Shown here one piece after another: positions 52,201-63,900 of a stretch of 64,000 nucleotides of DNA. The notes beneath the pieces were generated by a model. That model was not told the DNA's origin and did no database searches. It saw nothing but the letters and a program-made list of their open reading frames with translations. A program made the position numbers and the translations under genes. Within the stretch, counting starts at the first letter, position 1. The number at the start of each line of letters is the position of its first letter. The stretch is from Eledone cirrhosa (taxonomy: Eukaryota): positions 18,352,001 through 18,416,000 of the forward strand of contig OZ024744.1 of NCBI GenBank assembly GCA_964016885.1. The letters are read 5' to 3'.

Positions 52201-55200
52201 TGTATGTTACTGTACCTTTGTGTATGTATGTGTCACTGTGTATGTCACTGTGTGTTTCTGTATGTCTGTGTCACTGTGTATGTCACTGTGTGTTTCTGTA
52301 TATCTGTGTCTCTGTGTATGTCACTGTATCTTTGTGTATGTCTGTGTCACTGTGTATGTCACTGTAACGTTGTGTATCTCTGTGTCACTGTGTATGTCAC
52401 TTATCTTTGTGTATGTCTGTGTCACTGTGTATGTCACTGTGTGTTTCTGTATGTATGTGTCACGGTGTATGTCACTGTATGTTTGTGTATGTCTGTGTCA
52501 CTGTGTATGTCACTGTATCTTTGTGTATGTCTGTGTCACTGTGTATGTTACTGTGTGTTTCTGTATGTCTGTGTCACTGTGTTTGTCTTTGTGTGTTTCT
52601 GTATGTCTGTGTCACTGTGTATATCACTGTATGTTTGTGTGTGTCTGTGTCACTGTGTATGTCACTGTATGTCTCTGTATGTCTGTGTCACTGTCTATGT
52701 CACTGTGTGTTTGCCTGTGTATGTGTCACTGTGTATGTCACTGTGTGTTTCTGTATGTATGTGTCACCGTGTATGTCACTGTATCTTTGTGTATGCCTGT
52801 GTCACTGTGTATGTCACTGTGTGTTTCTGTATGTCGGTGTCACTGTGTATGTCACTGTGTGTTTCTGTATGTTTGTGTCACTGTGTATGTCATTAAATGT
52901 TTGTGTGTGTATGTGTCTCTGTGTATGTCACTGTGTGTTTGCGTATGTCTGTGTCACTCTGTATGTCACTGTATGTTTCTTAATGTTTGTGTCACTGTGT
53001 ATGTCACTGTGTGTTTGCGTGTGTCTGTGTCACTGTGTATGTCACTGTGTGTTTCTGTATGTATGTGTGACTGTGTATGTCACTCTGTGTTTGTGTATGT
53101 CTGTTTCACTGTGTGTGTTTCTGTATGTCTGTGTCACTGTGTATGTCATTGTATCTTTGTGTATGTATGTGTCACTGTGTATGTCACTGTATCATTGTGT
53201 ATGTATGTGTCATTGTGTATGTCACTGTGTGTTTCTGTATGTTTGTGACACTGTGTATGTCACTGTGTGGTTCTGTATATCTGTGTCTCTGTGTATGTTA
53301 CTTTATCTTTGTGTATGTCTGTGTCACTGTGTATGTCACTGTATCTTTGTGTATGTCTGTGTCACGGTGTATATCACTGTATGTTTGTGTATGTCTGTGT
53401 CACTCTATATGTCACTGTATGTTTCTGTATGTATGTGTCACTGTGTATGTCAATGTGTGTTTCTGTATCTCTGTGTCACGGTGTATGTCACTGTATGTTT
53501 GTGTATGTCTGTGTGACTGTATATGTCACTGTATGTTACAGTATGTCTGTGTCACTGTGTATGTCACTGTGTGTTTCTGTATGTCTGTGTCACTGTGTAT
53601 GTCACTGTATATTTGTGTGTGTCTGTGTCACTGTGTATGTCACTGTGTGTTTCTGTATGTCTGTGTCACTGTCTATGTCACTGTATGTTTCTGAATGTCT
53701 GTGTCACCGTGTATATCACTGTATCTTTATGTATGTCTGTGTCACTGTATATGTCACTGTATCTTTGTATATGTCTACGTCACTGTGTATGTCACTGTGT
53801 GTTTCTGTATGTCTGTGTCTTTGTGTATGTCACTGTACCTTTCTGTATATATGTGTCACTGTGTATGTCACTGTGTGTTTCTGTATGTCTGTGTCACTGT
53901 GTATGTCACTGTGTGTTTCTGTATATCTGTGTCTCTGTGTATGTCACTGTAACGTTGTGTATCTGTGTCACTGTGTATGTCACTGTATCTTTGTGTATGT
54001 CTGTGTCACTGTGTATGTCACTGTGTGTTTCTGTATGTATGTGTCACGGTGTATGTCACTGTATGTTTGTGTATGTCTGTGTCACTGTGTATGTCATTGT
54101 GAGTTTCTGTATGTCTGTGTCACTGTGTATGTCACTGTATCTTTGTGTATGTCTGTGTCACTGTGTATGTCACTGTGTGTTTCTGTATGTCTGTGTCACT
54201 GTGTATGTCACTGTATCTCTCTGTATGTCTGTGTCACTGTCTATGTCGCTGTATGTTTCTGAATGTCTGTGTCACTGTGTATGTCACTGTGTGTTTCTGT
54301 ATGTCTGTGTCACGGTGTATGTCACTGTATGTTTGTGTGTGTCTATGTCACTGTGTATGTCACTGTGTGTTTCTGTATGTCTGTGTCACTGTCTATGTCA
54401 CTGTATGTTTCTGAATGTCTGTGTCACTGTGTATGTCACTGTGTGTTTCTGTATATCTGTGTCACGGTGTATGTCACTGAATGTTTGTGTGTGTCTGTGT
54501 CACTGTGTATGTCACTGTGTGTTTCTGTATATCTGTGTCACGGTGTATGTCACTGAATGTTTGTGTGTGTCTGTGTCACTGTGTTTGTCACTGTGTGTTT
54601 CTGTATGTCTGTGTCACCGTGTATGTCACGGTATCTTTGTATATGCCTGTGTCACTGTGTATGTCACTGCGTGTTTCTGTATTTCTGTGTCACTGTGTAT
54701 GTCACTGTGTGTTTCTGTATGTTTGTGTCACTGTGTATGTCACTAAATGTTTGTGTGTGTCTGTGTCTCTGTGTATGTCACTGTGTGTTTGCGTGTGTCT
54801 GTGTCACCGTGTATGTCACTGTGTGTTTCTGTATGTCTGTGTCACTGTGTATGTCACCGTGTGTTTGTGTATGTCTGTGTCATTGTGTGTGTTTCTGTAT
54901 GTCTGTGTCACTGTGTATGTCACTGTATCTTTGTGTATGTCTGTGTCACTCCGTATGTCACTGTGTGTTTCTGTATGTCTGTGTCAATGTGTATGTCACT
55001 GTGTGTTTCTGTATGTCTGTGTCACTGTGTATGTCACTGTATATTTGTGTATGTCTGTTTCACTGTGTATGTCACTGTGTGTTTCTGTATGTCTTTGTCA
55101 CTCTGTATGTCACTGTATGTTTCTGAATGTTTGTGTCACTGTGTATGTCACTGTGTGTTTGCGTGTGTCTGTGTCACTGTGTATGTCACTGTGTGTTTCT

Positions 55201-58200
55201 GTATGTCTGTGTGACAGTGTATGTCACTCTGTGTTTGTGTATGTCTGTGTCACTGTGTGTGTTTCTGTATGTCTGTGTCACTGTGTATGTCATTCTATCT
55301 TTGTGTATGTATGTGTCACTGTGTATGTCACTGTATCTTTGTGTATGTCTGTGTCATTTTGTATGTCACTGTGTGTTTCTGTATGTTTGTGTCACTGTGT
55401 ATGTCACTGTGTGTTTCTGTATATCTGTGTCTCTGTGTATGTTACTTTATCTTTGTGTATGTCTGTGTCACTGTGTATGTCACTGTATCTTTGTGTATGT
55501 CTGTGTCACGGTGTATATCACTGTATGTTTGTGTATGTCTGTGTCACTCTATATGTCACTGTATGTTTCTGTATGAATGTGTCACTGTGTATGTCAATGT
55601 GTGTTTCTGTATCTCTGTATCACGGTGTATGTCACTGTATGTTTGTGTATGTCTGTGTGACAGTGTATGTCACTGTATGTTACAGTATGTCTGTGTCACT
55701 GTGTATGTCACTGTGTGTTTCTGTATGTCTGCGTCTCTGTGTATGTCACTGTAACGTTGTGTATCTTTGTGTCACTGTGTATGTCACTGTATCTTTGTGT
55801 ATGTCTGTGTCACTGTGTATGTCACTGTGTGTTTCTGTATGTCTGTGTCACTGTGTATATCACTGTATCTCTCTGTATGTCTGTGTCACTGCCTATGTCA
55901 CTGTATCTTTGTGTATGTCTGTGTCACTGTATATGTCACTGTATCTTTGTGTATGTCTACGTCACCGTGTATGTCACTGTGTGTTTCTGAATGTCTGTGT
56001 CTTTGTGTATGTCACTGTACCTTTGTGTAATGTCTGTGTCACTGTGTATGTCACTGTGTGTTTCTGTATGTCTGTGTCACTGTGTATGTCACTGTGTGTT
56101 TCTGTATATCTGCGTCTCTGTGTATGTCACTGTAACGTTGTGTATCTTTGTGTCACTGTGTATGTCACTGTATCTTTGTGTATGTCTGTGTCACTGTGTA
56201 TGTCATTGTGAGTTTCTGTATGTCTGTGTCACTGTGTATGTCACTGTATCTTTGTGTATGTCTGTGTCACTGTGTATGTCACTGTGTGTTTCTGTATGTC
56301 TGTGTCACTGTGTATGTCACTGTATCTCTCTGTATGTCTGTGTCACTGCCTATGTCACTGTATCTTTGTGTATGTCTGCGTCACTGTGTATGTCACTGTG
56401 TGTTTCTGTATGTCTGTGTCTCTGTGTATGTCACTGTATCTTTGTGTATGTCTGTATCACTGTGTATGTCACTGTGTGTTTCTGTATGTCTGTGTGACTG
56501 TGTATGTCACTGTGTGTTTGTGTATGTCTGTGTCACTGTGTGTGTTTCTGTATGTCTGTGTCACTGTGTATGTCACTGTATGTTTCTGTATGTATGTGTC
56601 ACTGTGTATGTCACTGTATCTTTGTGTATGTCTGTGTCACTCTGTATGTCACTTTGTGTTTCTGTATGTCTGTGTCACTGTGTATGTCACTGTATGTTTC
56701 TGTATGTCTGTTTCACTGTGTATGTCACTGTGTGTTTCTGTATGTCTGTGTCACTCTGTATGTCACTGTATGTTTATGTATGTATGTGTCACTGTGTATG
56801 TCACAGTGTGTTTCTGTATGTCTGTGTCACTGTGTATGTCACTGTATCTCTCTGTATGTCTGTGTCACTGTCTATGTCACTGTATCTTTGTGTATGTCTG
56901 CGTCACTGTGTATGTCACTGTGTGTTTCTGTATGGCTCTGTCTCTGTGTATGTCACTGGATCTTTGTGTATGTCTGTATCACTGTGTATGTCACTGTGTG
57001 TTTCTGTATGTCTGTTTGACTCTGTATGTCACTGTGTGTTTCTGTATGTCTGTGTCACTGTGTATGTCACTGTGTGTTTCTGTATGTCTGTGTCACTGTC
57101 TATGTCGCTCTATGTTTCTGAATGTGTGTGTCACTGTTTATGTCACTGTGTGTTTCTGTATGTCTGTGTCACGGTCTATGTCACTGTATGTTTGTGTGTG
57201 TCTATGTCACTGTGTATGTCACTGTGTGTTTCTGTATGTCTGTGTCACCGTGTATGTCACTGTATCTTTGTGTATGCCTGTGTCACTGTGTATGTCACTG
57301 TGTGTTTCTGTATGTCTGTGTCACTGTGTATGTCACTGTGTGTTTCTGTATGTCTGTGGCACTGTGTATGTCACTGTGTGTTTCTGTATGTCTGTGTCAC
57401 TGTCTATGTCGCTGTATGTTTCTGAATGTCTGTGTCACTGTGTATGTCACTGTGCGTTTCTGTATGTCTGTGTCACTGTCTATGTCACTGAATGTTTCTG
57501 AATGTCTGTGTCACTGTGTATGTCACTGTGTGTTTCTGTATATCTGTGTCACGGTGTATGTCACTGAATGTTTGTGTGTGTCTGTGTCACTGTGTTTGTC
57601 ACTGTGTGTTTCTGTATGTCTGTGTCACCGTGTATGTCACGGTATCTTTGTGTATGCCTGTGTCACTGTGTATGTCACTGTGTGTTTCTGTATTTCTGTG
57701 TCACTGTGTATGTCACTGTGTGTTTCTGTATGTTTGTGTCACTGTGTATGTCACTAAATGTTTGTGTGTGTCTGTGTCTCTGTGTATGTCACTGTGTGTT
57801 TGCGTGTGTCTGTGTCACTGTGTATGTCACTGTGTGTTTCTGTATGTCTGTGTCACTGTGTATGTCACTGTGTGTTTGTGTATGTCTGTGTCACTGTATG
57901 TTTCTGAATGTCTGTGTCACTGTGTATGTCACTGTGTGTTTCCGTATGTATGTGTCACCGTGTATGTCACTGTATCTTTGTGTATGCCTGTGTCACTGTG
58001 TATGTCACTGTGTGTTTCTATATGTCTGTGTCACTGTGTATGTCACTGTGTGTTTCTGTATGTTTGTGTCATTTTGTATGTCACTAAATGTTTGTGTGTG
58101 TCTGTGTCTCTGTGTATGTCACTGTGTGTTTGCGTGTCTCTGTGTCACGGTGTATGTCACTGTGTGTTTCTGTATGTCTGTGTGACTGTGTATGTCACTG

Positions 58201-58700
58201 TGTGTTTGTGTATGTCTCTGTCACTGTGTGTGTTTCTGTATGTCTGTGTCACTGTGTATGTCACTGTATGTTTCTGTATGTATGTGTAACTGTGTATGTC
58301 ACTGTATCTTTGTGTATGTCTGTGTCACTGTGTATGTCACTGTGTGTTTCTGTATGTCTGTGTCAATGTGTATGTCACTGTGTGTTTCTGTATGTCTGTG
58401 TCACTGTGTATGTCACTGTATGTTTATGTATGTCTGTTTCACTGTGTATGTCACTGTGTGTTTCTGTATGTCTGTGTCACTGTGTATGTCACTGTATCTC
58501 TCTGTATGTCTGTGTCACTGTCTATGTCACTGTATCTTTGTGTATGTCTGCGTCACTGTGTATGTCACTGTGTGTTTCTGTATGTCTGTGTCTCTGTGTA
58601 TGTCACTGTATCTTTGTGTATGTCTGTATCACTGTGTATGTCACTGAATGTTTGTGTGTGTCTGTGTCACTGTGTTTGTCACTGTGTGTTTCTGTATGTC
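43250..58700 (+). repeat. Tandem ~7.7-kb duplication (about 43250-50905 and 50905-58700)
   Basis: Offsets 7655 (43440/51095, 43706/51361), 7667 (44740/52407, 46596/54263) and 7791 (49331/57122, 50297/58088). Shared private variants GTTAGGTATC, CTGGTTGATTC, CACTTATC. Confidence 0.9.
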
Positions 58701-58781
58701 TGTGTCACCGTGTATGTCACGGTATCTTTGTGTATGCCTGTGTCACTGTGTATGTCACTGTGTGTTTCTGTATTTCTGTGT

Positions 58782-58900
58782 CATACACAGTGAAACAGAC
58801 ATACAGAAACATACAGTGACACAGACATACACAAACACACAGTGACATACACAGTCACACAGACATACAGAAACACACAGTGACATACACAGTGACAAAG
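58782..58900 (-). repeat. 119-bp inverted satellite segment (left arm of a perfect inverted repeat)
   Basis: The sequence switches to the CA-rich strand (CATACACAGTGAAACAGAC...AGTGACAAAG). Its reverse complement matches 59310-59428 at 119/119 positions by manual comparison. Confidence 0.97.
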
Positions 58901-59309
58901 TGTGTATGTCACTGTATATTTGTGTATGTCTGTGTCACTGTGTATGTCACTGTGTGTTTCTATATGTCTGTGTCACTGTCTATGTCACTGTATGTTTCTG
59001 AATGTCTGTGTAACTGTGTATGTCACTGTGTGTTTCTGTGTGTCTGTGTCACGGTGTATGTCACTGTATGTTTGTGTGTGTCTGTGTCATTGTGTATGTC
59101 ACTGTGTGTTTCTGTATGTCGCTGTCACCGTGTATGTCACTGTATCTTTGTGTATGCCTGTGTCACTGTGTATGTCACTGTGTGTTTCTGTATGTCTGTG
59201 TCACTGTGTATGTCACTGTGTGTTTCTGTATGTTTGTGTCACTGTGTATGTCACTAAATGTTTGTGTGTGTCTGTGTCTCTGTCTACGTCACTGTGTGTT
59301 TGCGTGTGT

Positions 59310-59428
59310 CTTTGTCACTGTGTATGTCACTGTGTGTTTCTGTATGTCTGTGTGACTGTGTATGTCACTGTGTGTTTGTGTATGTCTGTGTCACTGTATG
59401 TTTCTGTATGTCTGTTTCACTGTGTATG
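59310..59428 (+). repeat. Right arm and probable template of the inverted segment
   Basis: CTTTGTCACT...GTGTGACT...26-bp monomer...GTCTGTTTCACTGTGTATG carries the same rare variant combination as the inverted segment. Confidence 0.93.
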
Positions 59429-60949
59429 TCACTGTGTGTTTCTGTATGTATGTGTCACCGTGTATGTCACTGTATCTTTGTGTATGCCTTTGTCACTGTG
59501 TATGTCACTGTGTGTTTCTGTATGTTTGTGTCACTGTGCATGTCACTAAATGTTTGTGTGTGTCTGTGTCTCTGTGTATGTCACTGTGTGTTTGCGTGTG
59601 TCTGTGTCACTGTGTATGTCACTGTGTGTTTCTGTATGTCTGTGTGACTGTGTATGTCACTCTGTGTTTGTGTATGTCTGTGTCACTGTGTGTGTTTCTG
59701 TATGTCTGTGTCACTGTGTATGTCATTGTATCTTTGTGTTTGTATGTGTCACTGTGTATGTCACTGTGTGTTTGTGTATACCTGTGTCACTGTGTATGTT
59801 ACTGTGAGTTTCTGTATGTCTGTGTCACTGTGTACGTCACTGTATATTTCTGTATGTCTGTGTCAGTGTGTATGTCACTGGGTGATTCTGTATGTATGTG
59901 TCACACTGTATATCACTGTATCTTTGTGTAGGTCTGTGTCACCGTGTATGTCACTGTATCTTTATGTATGTCTGTGTCACTGTATATGTCACTGTATCTT
60001 TGTGTATGTCTACGTCACTGTGTATGTCACTGTGTGTTTCTATATGTCTGTGTCACCGTGTATGTCACTGTATCTTTGTGTATGCCTGTGTCACTGTGTA
60101 TGTCAGTGTGTGTTTCTGTATGTCTGTGTCACTGTGTATGTCATTGTGTGTTTCTGTATGTCTGTGGCACTGTGTATGTCACTTTGTGTTTCTGTATGTC
60201 TGTGTCACTGTCTATGTCGCTGTATGTTTCTGAATGTCTGTGTCACTGTGTATGTCACTGTGTGTTTCTGTATGTCTGTGTCACTGTCTATGTCACTGTA
60301 TGTTTCTGAATGTCAGTGTCACTGTGTATGTCACTGTGTGTTTCTGTATATCTGTGTCACGGTGTATGTCACTGAATGTTTGTGTGTGTCTGTGTCACTG
60401 TGTTTGTCACTGTGTGTTTCTGTATGTCTGTGTCACCGTGTATGTCACGGTATCTTTGTGTATGCCTGTGTCACTGTGTATGTCACTGTGTGTTTCTGTA
60501 TTTCTGTGTCACTGTGTATGTCACTGTGTGTTTCTGTATGTTTGTGTCACTGTGTATGTCACTAAATGTTTGTGTGTGTCTGTGTCTCTGTGTATGTCAC
60601 TGTGTGTTTGCGTGTGTCTGTGTCACTGTGTATGTCACTGTGTGTTTCTGTATGTCTGTGTCACTGTGTATGTCACTGTGTGTTTGTGTATGTCTGTGTC
60701 ACTGTATGTTTCTGAATGTCTGTGTCACTGTGTATGTCACTGTGTGTTTCCGTATGTATGTGTCACCGTGTATGTCACTGTATCTTTGTGTATGCCTGTG
60801 TCACTGTGTATGTCACTGTGTGTTTCTGTATGTCTGTGTCACTGTGTATGTCACTGTGTGTTTCTGTATGTTTGTGTCATTGTGTATGTCACTAAATGTT
60901 TGTCTGTGTCTGTGTCTCTGTGTATGTCACTGTGTGTTTGCGTGTGTCT

Positions 60950-63900
60950 GTGTCACTGTGTATGTCACTGTGTGTTTCTGTATGTCTGTGTGACTGTGTA
61001 TGTCACTCTGTGTTTGTGTATGTCTGTGTCACTGTGTGTGTTTCTGTATGTCTGTGTCACTGTGTATGTCATTGTATCTTTGTGTATGTATGTGTCACTG
61101 TGTATGTCACTGTATCATTGTGTATGTATGTGTCATTGTGTATGTCACTGTGTGTTTCTGTATGTTTGTGACACTGTGTATGTCACTGTGTGGTTCTGTA
61201 TATCTGTGTCTCTGTGTATGTTACTTTATCTTTGTGTATGTCTGTGTCACTGTGTATGTCACTGTATCTTTGTGTATGTCTGTGTCACGGTGTATATCAC
61301 TGTATGTTTGTGTATGTCTGTGTCACTCTATATGTCACTGTATGTTTCTGTATGTATGTGTCACTGTGTATGTCAATGTGTGTTTCTGTATCTCTGTGTC
61401 ACGGTGTATGTCACTGTATGTTTGTGTATGTCTGTGTGACTGTATATGTCACTGTATGTTACAGTATGTCTGTGTCACTGTGTATGTCACTGTGTGTTTC
61501 TGTATGTCTGTGTCACTGTGTATGTCACTGTATATTTGTGTATGTCTGTGTCACTGTGTATGTCACTGTGTGTTTCTGTATGTCTGTGTCACTGTCTATG
61601 TCACTGTATGTTTCTGAATGTCTGTGTCACCGTGTATGTCACTGTATCTTTATGTATGTCTGTGTCACTGTATATTTCACTGTATCTTTGTGTATGTCTA
61701 CGTCACTGTGTATGTCACTGTGTGTTTCTGTATGTCTGTGTCTTTGTGTATGTCACTGTACCTTTCTGTATATCTGTGTCACTGTGTATGTCACTGTGTG
61801 TTTCTGTATGTCTGTGTCACTGTGTATGTCACTGTGTGTTTCTGTATATCTGTGTCTCTGTGTATGTCACTGTAACGTTGTGTATCTGTGTCACTGTGTA
61901 TGTCACTGTATCTTTGTGTATGTCTGTGTCACTGTGTATGTCACTGTGTGTTTCTGTATGTATGTGTCACGGTGTATGTCACTGTATGTTTGTGTATGTC
62001 TGTGTCACTGTGTATGTCATTGTGAGTTTCTGTATGTCTGTGTCACTGTGTATGTCACTGTATCTTTGTGTATGTCTGTGTCACTGTGTATGTCACTGTG
62101 TGTTTCTGTATGTCTGTGTCACTGTGTATGTCACTGTATCTCTCTGTATGTCTGTGTCACTGTCTATGTCGCTGTATGTTTCTGAATGTCTGTGTCACTG
62201 TGTATGTCACTGTGTGTTTCTGTATGTCTGTGTCACGGTGTATGTCACTGTATGTTTGTGTGTGTCTATGTCACTGTGTATGTCACTGTGTGTTTCTGTA
62301 TGTCTGTGTCACTGTCTATGTCACTGTATGTTTCTGAGTGTCTGTGTCACTGTGTATGTCACTGTGTGTTTCTGTATATCTGTGTCACGGTGTATGTCAC
62401 TGAATGTTTGTGTGTGTCTGTGTCACTGTGTATGTCACTGTGTGTTTCTGTATATCTGTGTCACGGTGTATGTCACTGAATGTTTGTGTGTGTCTGTGTC
62501 ACTGTGTTTGTCACTGTGTGTTTCTGTATGTCTGTGTCACCGTGTATGTCACGGTATCTTTGTATATGCCTGTGTCACTGTGTATGTCACTGTGTGTTTC
62601 TGTATTTCTGTGTCACTGTGTATGTCACTGTGTGTTTCTGTATGTTTGTGTCACTGTGTATGTCACTAAATGTTTGTGTGTGTCTGTGTCTCTGTGTATG
62701 TCACTGTGTGTTTGCGTGTGTCTGTGTCACCGTGTATGTCACTGTGTGTTTCTGTATGTCTGTGTCACTGTGTATGTCACCGTGTGTTTGTGTATGTCTG
62801 TGTCATTGTGTGTGTTTCTGTATGTCTGTGTCACTGTGTATGTCACTGTATGTTTCTGTATGTATGTGTCACTGTGTATGTCACTGTATCTTTGTGTATG
62901 TCTGTGTCACTCCGTATGTCACTGTGTGTTTCTGTATGTCTGTGTCAATGTGTATGTCACTGTGTGTTTCTGTATGTCTGTGTCACTGTGTATGTCACTG
63001 TATATTTGTGTATGTCTGTTTCACTGTGTATGTCACTGTGTGTTTCTGTATGTCTGTGTCACTCTGTATGTCACTGTATGTTTCTGAATGTTTGTGTCAC
63101 TGTGTATGTCACTGTGTGTTTGCGTGTGTCTGTGTCACTGTGTATGTCACTGTGTGTTTCTGTATGTCTGTGTGACAGTGTATGTCACTCTGTGTTTGTG
63201 TATGTCTGTGTCACTGTGTGTGTTTCTGTATGTCTGTGTCACTGTGTATGTCATTGTATCTTTGTGTATGTATGTGTCACTGTGTATGTCACTGTATCTT
63301 TGTGTATGTCTGTGTCATTTTGTATGTCACTGTGTGTTTCTGTATGTTTGTGTCACTGTGTATGTCACTGTGTGTTTCTGTATATCTGTGTCTCTGTGTA
63401 TGTTACTTTATCTTTGTGTATGTCTGTGTCACTGTGTATGTCAATGTATCTTTGTGTATGTCTGTGTCACGGTGTATATCACTGTATGTTTGTGTATGTC
63501 TGTGTCACTCTATATGTCACTGTATGTTTGTGTATGTCTGTGTGACTGTGTATGTCACTGTATGTTACAGTATGTCTGTGTCACTGTGTATGTCACTGTG
63601 TGTTTCTGTATGTCTGCGTCTCTGTGTATGTCACTGTAACGTTGTGTATCTTTGTGTCACTGTGTATGTCACTGTATCTTTGTGTATGTCTGTGTCACTG
63701 TGTATGTCATTGTGAGTTTCTGTATGTCTGTGTCACTGTGTATGTCACTGTATCTTTGTGTATGTCTGTGTCACTGTGTATGTCACTGTGTGTTTCTGTA
63801 TGTCTGTGTCACTGTGTATGTCACTGTATCTCTCTGTATGTCTGTGTCACTGCCTATGTCACTGTATCTTTGTGTATGTCTGTGTCACTGTATATGTCAC

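Noticed and set aside
58775-58910. RAG-made signal joint at the inversion junctions
   Set aside because: Neither junction is a head-to-head heptamer fusion (CACTGTG|CACAGTG), and the breakpoints lie several bases from heptamer edges.
58782-59428. MITE or foldback transposon with 119-bp terminal inverted repeats
   Set aside because: The interior and right arm are in-phase satellite continuous with downstream sequence, and no target-site duplication is visible.
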